From the human T2T-CHM13v2.0 reference genome, Homo sapiens, in the NCBI RefSeq assembly GCF_009914755.1, contig NC_060929.1: DNA of 64,000 nt. One strand, written 5' to 3'. This document shows positions 45,269-57,454 of this stretch, in pieces. A model generated the notes under the pieces. That model was not told the origin of the DNA. It searched no databases and worked only from the letters and a program-made list of their open reading frames with translations. The translations under genes and the position numbers were made by a program. Every line of letters begins with the position of its first letter. The stretch's first letter is position 1.

Positions 45269-45502
45269 GCAGTCTTTCTCTACCTTTTTCTCATTATGGC
45301 ACCCTAAGGAATCTTTTTAGACAGTTTTTTCTCTAATCACTCCTTACCATGAAATTTTAATGCCACAGATATTTTGTATACCTGTTTATGTGCCATATGT
45401 AGACCTGTACTTTATACATAAAGAGATTTTTTTCACTCCCTCCCTGCAGGAACTAATTTTTGCCCCGTTAGGGGTTCTATCACCTCCACTGTGAATGTGT
45501 GC
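45269..45502. mobile_element. DNA transposon remnant (MER96B-like)
   Basis: Recalled similarity (CCATGAAATTTTAATGCCACAGATAT, TTTATACATAAAGAG). Confidence 0.45.
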
Positions 45503-47599
45503 CTTAAGAGAGCCTGCTGGTATATGGCTTAAGATGTAAAGCAAACATTTTTTGGATCTCTTAGGAGATTTATGGAGGTTTCTTAATTTGTTCCTTGGCA
45601 GAAACATACCTGACTTTCTGGAGTGAAAGTCATCTATCTGATATCTTCAACTATCTGGAACTTAGCTACAACTCACAGATTAAGAAAAAAAGCAATCAAA
45701 ATAGATATCTCAAAGCAAGCGCATTGAAGTTAATCTACTTTATTCACTGAGCACCCCTCAGATAGACACTTTGAGCCTGTTGATTCTTTTCTTAGGCAAA
45801 ACTCTATTATCTTGGTAGTTTCTTTTCCTGGTTGGTTGTGACTTAGAGCACATCAGAAGCCACAAGTCACAAGGCAGTAAAGTGCTTAAGCTGCCATAGG
45901 CAGGCACACCAATGTCAGTAAAAAGTGACAGCTGACAGTGAAGGAAGAAGGAAAAACTAAGAAGCATAGGAGTTATTAAGGCTATTTCGTGCAGGAGCCA
46001 GTAAGCCCAAACACCTCCACAGTCCTTGAAAATAACACTCACCGGATTATAGCACAGCACAATTTTAATGACAAGGACTCTTCTGGCAGCTCTCAGCAGA
46101 CATTAAGCACCTACTTTATACCATAGACTTTGGGTAAAATAAGGAGCAATAGCAGCTGTCCTGTTAGGATTTTCTCTAAGGCATGTTTTAGAGTTTCATC
46201 GAAAATGGTTCTATTAAGATGAGAGTTGATCCATAAAGGAATTAGCTTCAGTTATCTGGAAATTGACCTGTGAACCAGCTCATCGATACTCAATGATGAT
46301 ATATCCAAGAAATGTGTGTCTTTTGTAATATCTTTTAAGGAAAATTGCATTTTATTGGGTTAGATGACACTGTCACATGTAGTTCATGTGATAATTTTTG
46401 TCATTTTCTTGTTCCTATTACTTTTCTTGGACCACAAACTTCTCAATTGCCAGTACTCTATTTTCTCTATCCTACAAAGCTTTCCTGGAGAAGAGGAAAG
46501 GGCTATGTCTACCCATGTTCTATTAACCTCTGTTAGCATAAGAACATGCTGCCATACCTTTTGTTCAACAACCACTGGAGTTTGCCTGAGAAGTTCTCCC
46601 TTCATCTATATGTGCCCCTCCAGATTTGCATGACTTTGACTCCAGGTTGTTGAAAGTCAATCTCTGTTTTTCTTTCTCCTTTAACCCTCATAGTGCTATG
46701 CACATGTGAACATAATTTGATGACAACAAATTGTAATTTAATATTTGTAGAGTTTGATGTACGTGTAAGAAAAAAAGAGAAAGCATCCGTGTCTCCCTTC
46801 TCTTTTCCTCAAGATGTTTTTCATGTAGGAAGTATTTTAACTTGGCCTCTTTCATTTTTCTGGTTCTACTTTTCTAACTCAGTGCATTTACTGGTTGTGA
46901 AAACTCTAGTCCTATCGATTGGACATTCTTACCTGGAATTAAAGTGGGAAATAATTCACTAAGTTAACTTTCCTTAGGCAACCAGGAGTTTAATGTGTTT
47001 TGTTAATGAGGAGGGGTAGAAATTTGCAATGGGATAAAATGCTTGTTAGGTCTAAAATGGTTCCAGAATTAAGTTTTAGGACTCCGTTGCACATATCCAC
47101 CAGCTCTGCCTTTCTAGAACACTTGTTTAGGTTGTTTTTGACAATCTTGCTAAATATATTAGCACTATACAAGAGAATACCAGGATTTCTGTAACTTAAA
47201 AAGGATTTTGCTTATCCTAAAGTAAACAAATGTCTTTGTAAAACTAGTTCTCAAATACATGCTAATGCCCTAGGTTACAGCTACATATCTATGTTCGTGT
47301 GTATTCACCCCATTTCATAGATTACTACAGCAAGCAAAACCTAGTGCCTTCATACCACATATGAGTAACCAGGAAAGACTATTGTTTTTAATAAACCATA
47401 CTCCCATGGTATCTAATTCTTCTTATGGACTAAACTGGTCTGTGAATTTGTGATTGTCTTGGGCATATGTGGTAAATATTCTCAAAGGGTAAAAATGTTT
47501 GATACTAATGCATTCCTAAAATGTTGAATTATATATTTGCATGCCTTGAAGTAAGTGGAAGATAACCATTAACAAGAAACTTTTTTTTCAATTACCCAG

Positions 47600-47767
47600 G
47601 GGTTACTCTGGTGGTTGATGTTAATCAGTGTTTGGAAGGAAAAAAATCAAGTGATATTTTGTCTGTATTGAAGTCTTCCACTTCTAATGCAAATGACATA
47701 ATCCCGGAGTGTGCTGACAAATACTATGATGCCCTTGTGAAGGCAAAAGAGCTCAAATCTGAAAGAG
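47600..47767 (+). CDS. IQGAP2: IQGAP2 coding exon (inferred 15); 168 nt, phase 1-1
   Basis: tacccag| ... AGAG|gtaagt; WVTLVVDVNQCLEGKKSSDILSVLKSS...KELKSER. Confidence 0.95.
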
Positions 47768-48733
47768 GTAAGTTGGTTTGTTACTTTAGCACAAACTAAG
47801 TATTTTAAATATCATTTCTGTGGTATTATATTTTCTTAATTTTAAGACAAGTAATGCTTTCAAATTAACGTTTCTGTAATTTTTTGTCATCTATGGCTAA
47901 GGAAATTAGGAAAAGTTTTAGATGTTTCTTTTTAGTTTTAGAAAGCTATGATGAGCTCAGTGGCAATATATGGATGGCATTAAGAAAATGTCATATTTGA
48001 GGAGTCTGTGCCTTATACAGGTCATGCTTATTGATTCATTTATTCGTGTGAGTAGACCAGTGATATAAACAGATGTTTACACTAATATTTTCTCTCACCT
48101 AATCCTTTGTGATTGCACAGTATTAAGTAGGGGTAAAGAGTAATTCTGAATATATGAAATAAAGTACAATGAGCCAGCCTGCAAGGGATCAGTTGGCAAA
48201 GCTAGGCAACTAGTTATGCCTACTCAATCCAATGGCAGAGCCTACATTGTTAGCTCTGGAAAGAATCTTTGAGACTACACAGTTTGATACTCATTTTTCA
48301 GATTTGGAAGTTCACATTGGTAAGATTTCAGACAGAGGGAAAGAATGGTAGACCCAAGGACAATTAATTTTTATTCCAGAATTCCTTTAGTAGATTTTTA
48401 TTAAGCACCTACTATTTCCTAGTGTCAAGGATCAAGGTGGCTGTCAACTTCTAGGCTAGTATTTATTTGTACCACATTGTAGGTCATCTACACGATACTA
48501 TTCATCTTTAAGAAACTAGTGTGACAGTGTGTGGCCTTAGAAGTAGAGCTTAAGGAAAAAAAAAAACTTTTTTAGTCCAACTTGATGTTTGTCTAGTAGT
48601 ACCCTATGTACTTGTTTTCAAGTTTCATATATTTCCAACTTGGAGATTCCACCTTAAAATTCAGTTAATTTTCTGTTAATGAAATGACCACTCTCTTACT
48701 TGGCATCTGGTCACCCTTGAGTCCCTCTCTGTT

Positions 48734-48913
48734 CCATTCAGATCTCTTCATCAAGAATTACTGTAATGTCCCCTGTCTCATCCTTCATTGGGAAAGAATT
48801 GCATAATTGTATAAATGAGCTATCCTAATTTCAAATTCATCCTGGAAAAAACTTAGTTCATCTTCTGTCTCCTAAACTTGCTATGTCGTTTCCCACATGT
48901 CATATTTGGGTGA
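48734..48913 (+). repeat. Source copy of a 180 bp local direct repeat (L2-like context)
   Basis: About 92% identical by eye to 50810-50990. Confidence 0.92.
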
Positions 48914-48999
48914 CTATAGTCAAATCCCTGTGTATCCAATTCAGAAACCTAGGAAGTGCTTTAGATTCATTCTTCTGGGAAGAAAAAAATGGCAGCAAG

Positions 49000-49850
49000 A
49001 CTTTTGTCAGCTGAGATCATATTGAATCTGTAGGTAAATTTGAGAAGTCTTGCCATCTTAACAATATTCTGATCCATGTACATGGGTATCTTTCCTTTTA
49101 ATCAAGTTTAAAACTCTTTCAACAATTTTTTGTAGTTTTCTGCATATAAGGCTTGCATTTGTTTCATTAAATTTATTCCTAAGTATTTTATCATTTTTAT
49201 TTTATTGTAAATATTGTTTTTTAATTATATTTTGGGATTGTTTATTGCTAGTTTATAGATATACAATTGACTTTTTATTGAGAAATAATTTATATGCCAT
49301 AAAATTGTCCTTTTAAGGTATGTAATTAAGAGGTTTTTAGTATATTCACAAGGTTGTACATCCAACACCTCTAGTTAATTCCAGAACATTTTCATCACAC
49401 CAAAACAAAACCCAATACTTATTAGCAGTAAATCCCCATCACCCACTCCCCAGCTCCAGGCAACTACTAATCTACTTTCTGTCTTTGGCCTATTTTGGAC
49501 ATTTCATGTAAACAGAATTATACAATACATAGCCTTTTGTGCCTGGCTTCTTTTACCTAGCATAATATTTTCAGAGTTCATTCATGTAGCATTAGTCAGT
49601 TCGTCCTTTTTTGTGGCTAATATTCCATTGTATGAATATGCCACATTTTGTTTACCCAGCCATCAACTGATGGAACCTGTATCTGCGCCACCCCCTCCCC
49701 CCAACTTTTGGCTATTCTAAATGAGACTGCTATGAATATTCATGTCCAGGTTTTTTCATGGATATATCTTTTCGTACAACTGATTTTTGTATATTGATCT
49801 TGTATCCTACAACCTTGCTGAACTCATTCTAATCATTTTTAGTAAATTTC
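49000..49850 (-). mobile_element. Nested old L1M fragments (L1MB-like 3' end inside L1M ORF2); boundaries approximate
   Basis: attgaatctgtaggtaaatttgagaag...gccatcttaacaatatt; ccaggcaactactaatctactttctgtct. Confidence 0.65.
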
Positions 49851-49865
49851 TTGTGCTGCCATCCG

Positions 49866-50339
<474 letters not shown>

Positions 50340-50809
50340 TCTAGAAAGAAGAGCATCCCAAGCAATTAAAGACTGATTCTCACCTCCAGATAGAGCTATG
50401 AGCATTGTTTTCAGGCACGCACAGGATGATTTATTCTTATCTCTTTCACCTCTGGTTCTAGGATGTCTTATCTTTTCCCAAACTGAAACATCTACCATTT
50501 GGTGGATGGATTACTCAGCCTTGTAACTCAGTTTAACGCTTCTATATGTTCGCGTATAATTTTGTCTGCAAGGCATCTAAAAAGTATGCCTCCTTGTGGA
50601 ATGTTCATCACCTCTTAACTAACGGTAATCAGTCTTTTTTCTAAGTAACAAACCAACTGTATTTCTTAGGAAAACTATTTGGAGCCCATGCTGGAAAGTA
50701 GCTCTCCTCAGCCTCTGATCTAACTACATTCAAACTAGATGTGAAAAATGTAGGAATTCTACTTTCCTATTACCTACTGACATCCTAACCCAAGTAAAGC
50801 CTTCTAATG

Positions 50810-50990
50810 CCATTCAGATCTCTTCATCAGGAATTACTGTAATGTCCCCTGTCTCATCCTTCATTGGGAAAGAATTACATAATTGTATTAATGAGCTATC
50901 CTAATTTCATATTCATCCTGGAAAAAACTTAGTTTATCTTCTCTCTCCTAAACTTGCCTGCTTCTTTTCCCACGTGTCATATTTGGATGA
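50810..50990 (+). repeat. Derived copy of the 180 bp direct repeat
   Basis: Matches 48734-48913. Confidence 0.92.
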
Positions 50991-52003
50991 GAGCTAAAAA
51001 CAACAGAAAAATATAAGAAGTTCTAACTTAGACTAAGCTAAGTCAGCTGCTATCAAGTGAGCTTTAGACTCATTGCCTTTCCATGTAAATCAAAGTTCAA
51101 GTGAATTGACCATTGGTGATTGTCTTTTAACCAACTAACAAATTTTTTACTTCTCAGTTCAAGTGATGGGAGAAACATTTTCACCAGCTTTGCTTGCTTT
51201 CTTTCCTTCCCACTGAGACAGTTGCCTTAAGAAGGGTGATTATTCTTCTGAAAACATTTATGAATCTGACAACTATTGGTAATTGAAAATATCATAATTG
51301 GCTGGTTGTGGTGGTTCATGCCTATAATCCCAGCACTTTGGGCGGCTGAGGTGAGCGGATTGCTTGACCCCAGGAGTTTGAAAACAGCCTGGACAACATG
51401 GCAAAACCCATCTCTACAAAAAAATACAAAAAATTAGCCAGGTGTTGCATGATCCTGTGGTCCCAGCTACTCTGGAGGCTCATCTGAGCCTGGGGAGGTT
51501 GAGGCTGCAGTGAGCCTTGGTCACACCACTGTTCTCCAGCCTGGGTGACAGAGTGAGACCCTGTCTCAAAAGCAAGAAAGAAAGGAAGGAAGGGAGGGGA
51601 GAGGAGGGTAGGGGGAGGGAAAGGAAGGAAGAAAGAATAATAATTACTTGTAAACATCCTAACTTGACTGTACAATGTATTTTCTAGTAGACCAATGTTT
51701 CTAAACAGATGAACCAGCTGTCTGGCTGCCCATTGAAAAGAGATACATCTCTCTTCCTGGGCATTGACAAACAGAAAGAACAGGTGAGGGGCATTTAAAG
51801 CCAAATGAAGCATCAACACATATTAAAGAGCCTTAAAGTTACCCCTGCTTAGTTATTTACATGCATTTCAATATTCTGTGAAAAAATTCACTTGAACTTT
51901 GATTTACCTGGAAAGGTAATGAGTCTAATGCTCACTTGATACAGTTGACTTAGCTTAGTCTAAGTTAGAACTTCTTATGTTTTTCTGTTGTTTTTAGCTC
52001 TCA
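50988..52003. repeat. 120 bp inverted repeat (arms 50988-51107 and 51885-52003)
   Basis: Arms are reverse complements with 5 substitutions and 1 indel. Confidence 0.95.
51300..51640 (+). mobile_element. AluJ with purine-rich tail
   Basis: Dimer; tail (GAAA/GGAA/GGGA)n. Confidence 0.88.
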
Positions 52004-52772
52004 GGTCTGGGGACCAGAATTGTAACCATTCAACAAAATAAACAGATTTCTAAATATGAAGTTTAGCCCATGGATTCATGAGGAGGAGAGATTCTTGACC
52101 AATCTAAGTCATGACTACCATAGGATTTTCTAACACCCCTTCCCCAAAATTAAGTTTCAAAAAAATTTTTTTCTCATTTCTTGTGGTTGCACAGCACAAA
52201 ATGAGTCAGAGGAACCAGGAATTTTCTTTTTCCCCACTTTAGTTGACCTTTGTGTTGTGCATATGCCATTTTGTACTTTGAGTAACGTTGTCTCCGAAGG
52301 TTCTGCTTTGGTTTAATGCCGAACATTGGCCGTCCTTAAATAAGGGCCACAGTCCTTGTGGGTATCTCCTTATTGGAGAAATTGCAGGTAAACTTTGTAA
52401 GCAAAGAGGATCTTGCCGATTGGTCTCCTTTGTCTACATGTGTTGTTTGCATCTACCTGGGACTTATAATTATTGTTTGCTTTTCCTTCTCTTTGGCTGC
52501 TTTTGGCCAAACATGTTTTTATCATCCTCATGAAAGATTTAAGTTCCAGAGCTAGCCTTAGATATTTGTGTCTCTTCCTTTTCTTTGGGTTAGCAGGCAT
52601 CTGCCATTAAATACATCGAATTCATTCCATGTTAGTGGGTCACTTCTGATGCCTTTGGCTGTCTGAAGGTTTGGTGAAAAACATATTCAATTATTTTACA
52701 TATTAAAGAAACTACACTAATGTTTAAGGGTTCACTGTGTCTGTGTAGAATTTAACAAACTTTTTTCTTTAG

Positions 52773-52915
52773 TGTCTAGTGACGGTTCATGGCTCAAACT
52801 CAACCTGCACAAAAAATATGACTACTATTACAACACTGATTCAAAAGAGAGTTCCTGGGTCACACCTGAATCATGCTTGTATAAAGAATCATGGCTCACA
52901 GGAAAAGAAATCGAG
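52773..52915 (+). CDS. IQGAP2: IQGAP2 coding exon (inferred 16), WW domain; 143 nt
   Basis: ttctttag| ... GAG|gtagga; VSSDGSWLKLNLHKKYDYYYNTDSKESSWVTP has the W...YYYN...W..P WW signature. Confidence 0.96.
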
Positions 52916-53837
52916 GTAGGAGGTTGGTGTTTGATGGATAACTCTACTGTATAAAGTTAAATTTGACTGGTTTTCTATTTCTGAATCATGGAAGTGATGA
53001 GAGGAACTAACTGATTTATCTGAAGTCTGGATATGTAATAAAGTCTTCATGAACTGCAGTTGAATGTGGCTGCATTGTTACTAATGTACAGAATTTTTTC
53101 CATATTGGCTTAACAAAACCAAATAGAGCAGGGGGAAGAAATATTTCACTATTTATTTGGGATGGTAGATTATCCTAAGAAATCAATCTTAAGATTTTCC
53201 TTGACTTAATTAAGCTCAATTAATGATAATTCCTGGGTTGTCAATATTTAAAAGGTATTTCTTTCCCCCCATCTCAGCCTGCAACTTAACATTGTACCTT
53301 TCAAACCAAAATGTCATTTTTTTCTACAAAGTGCTGGAGAGGGCATCTCTGCCACACATGGCCCCAGCCATCTCCAGGACAGCTTCGGAAGCAAAGAACA
53401 GAGTTGGGCAAAGAGCAGGATGGGTAAACATTAAATGTTTGCTTCTTCCGAGATGGTCATCTTAGCATGTTTTCATTGCTTAACATTTCTAGAGCTCTGG
53501 ATGTACCCATGTCCAAATGTAAGTGCAAACATCACAATTGAGTGTATCTTATACTTTGCTTTCAATTAACTGACATAAAAATTAGCCATGTGTCCATGTA
53601 TTGTACTAACCAAGAGTTAAACAAGATACATTGAACTGGAATTTCTATTTAACTACTAAAGGTCCCTTTTAACTAATCTGTGACCCATATTTGAAAGCTT
53701 TCTTCTACCAGATTTTACTTATTGAAAGCAATTTATCCCTCCTCTCATCTCTTTTTAACCAAACTATATAAATAGTACCTGTTTGAGCTTCTTGTTAGGA
53801 GTAAAGAAATAGTGCATTAGTGAACATAGTGTCATTA

Positions 53838-54136
<299 letters not shown>

Positions 54137-56667
54137 AGAAAAGTCTGCGTTAGAATCTCAGGTTCAGATGCTTTTTCTCGTTATAAACAAGACTGGCTGG
54201 AGTCTCAGGGGTCCTCCTGATTCCCCCATGTGCCTTGTCCATTGTAGTCCTAATTCCCTCCCAAATATTCAGCAATTTTTATATATATAGGAGCCCAGGG
54301 CTGAAGTATTTACAAAAAAAGATAACAAGAGCAAAGCTAGGAGAAAAAGTACAGCCAAAAGAGCTATTTTCAGTTTCAGTTCTAGGTCACTGAATTTCAT
54401 TCATTTTTTAGTTGCCCCTCCCTACATAGAGGAATGAGAGGAGCACTTTGACAATAGATTATTTGCATAATCATGGCTTTGTTAGATCTGAATATTTTCT
54501 TGCAACATGGGAATAGGGAACTAAATGCTTGGTGAGGCTTTCCTGAAACAAAAGACTTAGCTATAAACAGGTAGTGAGGTAGATCTTGCCGAATGGCCTT
54601 GTTTGTGAGGTGGTTCTTTGCTTTGTCTGAAGTTGGTGGGCAGCCATGAAGAAACAGGAGGGGGTAAAGTCAGAGGAATGTGAAATTGGAATCAACCCGT
54701 GTAGCAAGATGTCTGAAACAAGTTATGGCCAAAAGTAACCTTTCCAACTGGTGTCTCTACAAATACCCAAAGAATGTGTAGAACTGCGAATGAGGTCTCC
54801 TGAAACCATAAACATAGCCAAGTACCCCTCATTTGTATGGAGTTTCACTTTCCAATGTACTTTCACATCACTTTGATCCCTAAATTATCCTCTAAGTAGA
54901 GATAGAGCAAATATTCTCATCTTCTATTTTTCTAAGTGAGGAAATTGGGGCACAGAGTAGGTGAAGCAGTTTGTACTAATTCTGCAATTTGTGTAGATTT
55001 TGTCAATAAACAGATTTATTTCCAGTGCTTCCAACTTCTAGTCTAGTATGTTTTCCACTTTTTGCATTGTTTTTGACACAGTCACCGGTATCTCTGAGTG
55101 ATTATATCATGTGCCCATTGCTCTGGAATTAATAACATAAGTTGGTGGCTTAAGAAATACATAGGTACTTTAAAAAGTGAGTAATGCTTCCTAGGAGGAA
55201 TACTCTTGAAGGAATATTCACCAACATTGCTTTGGATTTAAAAACAAAAACAAAAGTTGGACCCAAAGGATGTGAAACCTGCTGATAATGGATCCACGCG
55301 TCATAATATGTTTAAAGAGGAAATACTGATGATAATTAAGTTCTATTTTGGGAAAAAACAAGAACACATATCTTATAGAATCGTTAAAAGTCAGCATCAA
55401 AGATATCGCAGTGTGGCAGTATTGCAGACAGAATCACCAATGCAGTATTTACTAAAACTTAGAGGAAAATAACATGATCTGAGTCTGACCAATGCTACCA
55501 AAAATATTTAATGACAAGAAGATAGTGAAGAACACAGTTTATTGACTCATTTCAGTTGTTCAGAGGTCGTACAACTTTTAGGAAAACGACATTGTAGCAA
55601 TGGATTATTAGTGCTAATTTTGAAGAAAAAAATGAAATTATAGACATACTAAAAAATTATATGCCATGGTTGAAAAGATGTATCAAACTATAAAGCAGCA
55701 GCATCGAAGATTTAAAATTTAGAATAAAAATTGATCATGTGGCATCCCAAGATATACCCCAGGTATAACTTTTTGTTATATCAAGCATCAGTCTGTTAAG
55801 ATTATTAACCAGTGGAAGGTCTAACACTGTTATAAAAAATTGTATTTATTCTAAACAACTGGAAGTTACCTGTTTTATTCAATGAATGCATACATATATG
55901 TCTTCTCTTAAAGATATGTATGCATCTTTGGTATGATTTCACTTTTAGCTCTTTAAGTTAACCAACCATTAATTCCAGTTGTACTAGATAAGAGTCATCA
56001 GCTGTAGAAGTGACAGTCCAGTCTTTCTTTGCATCTCTCATCGGGCATAAAAGTAAACCCTGTTCATACCCCACATGAAACTTTCTTATAACCCCCTTCT
56101 TCCTTTTTTCTCATTCTTCTAGATTTCTGCTCTCTATCCTTAATAGCACTTATCTTGCCTCTCCCACCCCTTTTTCTTTTGCCCCAGAGCATCATTCTGA
56201 GTTTGGCCACAGCTCATTACAGGGGTCTGCCTACTCTGGCCTGGGGAAGAAATGGGAAAGAAGTCTGAGGACCTTATGGCCATTGCAGTGTTTTCCTTGG
56301 CAGTCCGAGGGAAGCGGGAGGTGATGCATGTTTTTACAGCAAGCATCCTTGTCCCTTTACATTCTGTGGAGCTCAGGCCTCATGCCTGGTCCTTGCCAGC
56401 ATCATCCATACATCTCTGCCTCCAAATCCTGAGATCATTGAGCTGCATTCTCTTGCCACCTCAGCACCAAGCTCAGAGATTCCAAAATCATATTGCTAGA
56501 AAGAAGTTAAGCCAGTTTCATCCCTCAGCTCTGCTTAAATTTGTTTTTAAACCAAGCCAAAAGGAGACATCCATATTATTTTCTAAAAGATAAAATATCA
56601 GAAGCTATTCTATGTGTGCCTTTCAGCTGATGTGTGAAGTGTAACCATAAGAAATATCTCTTGCCAG

Positions 56668-56838
56668 GACATTATTGAGGAAGTCACAGTAGGTTACATT
56701 CGTGAGAATATATGGTCTGCTTCAGAAGAGTTGCTTCTTCGCTTTCAAGCCACAAGCTCAGGACCCATCCTTAGGGAAGAGTTTGAAGCTAGAAAATCAT
56801 TTTTGCATGAACAAGAAGAGAATGTGGTCAAAATACAG
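56668..56838 (+). CDS. IQGAP2: IQGAP2 coding exon (inferred 17), start of the IQ region; 171 nt, phase 0-0
   Basis: ttgccag| ... CAG|gtatgt; DIIEEVTVGYIRENIWSASEELLLRFQATSSGPILREEFEARKSFLHEQEENVVKIQ. Confidence 0.95.
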
Positions 56839-57438
56839 GTATGTGGATCACCTACCACTGTTTACACAAAACTGTCATATCACCTGAAAATGTTTTATTT
56901 GATAATAGAATAGTCAACTACCAGCATTCCTATAAACAAATCTGACTGCATATTTTTACATTATCAGTGCCCCTAGTCTACTTCACTAAGGCTTTAAAAT
57001 AGGAAGCATTTTGATGATGAATGACTTAACCTATGGTCTTCTAGAGAGCATTTAGGAGCACCGCAGATTTGCACAGATCCACCTGCTGCCAACCTAGTTG
57101 GACCCAAAGGGATATACCTTGGATCAGAGTTGAAATCATACCTGACTTGGGGACTTTACAATTTGGCTTTTTTGTGGTTAGTAGATGTTGAGTGGCGTCT
57201 TAGTTTCTGTGCTGTTCTAGCCTGAAAGAACAGGAGAACTAATGAAATAAACAGATTTAGCCTCTCTAAGAATGTCTTCTACCTTCTGTAATCTGTCACT
57301 CTTCATTTAGGCCTTCAGGAGAAACCTTCATTCCCAATTTTTTTGCTATAAATTGTTCTTAAGTTTGCATGACTTGTCTAAACTTTCTGATTGGCAGGAG
57401 AATTTGCCAGGTTTAGATGTTTCTCTTCTGTATGCCTA

Positions 57439-57454
57439 TAGCGCCCCCTACCAG
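57439..57454 (-). promoter_or_regulatory. CTCF-like motif
   Basis: Reverse complement CTGGTAGGGGGCGCTA is a close match to the CTCF core. Confidence 0.55.

Noticed and set aside
50988-52003. Inverted repeat as the TIRs of a ~1 kb DNA transposon
   Set aside because: No TSD seen, and the left arm is fused by microhomology to a separate local duplication; template switching fits better, though a Dfam search is needed to exclude it fully
55200-55760. A-rich coding-looking stretch (71 aa ORF)
   Set aside because: Multiple stops and no splice or phase fit to IQGAP2; probably an ancient transposon remnant that I cannot assign
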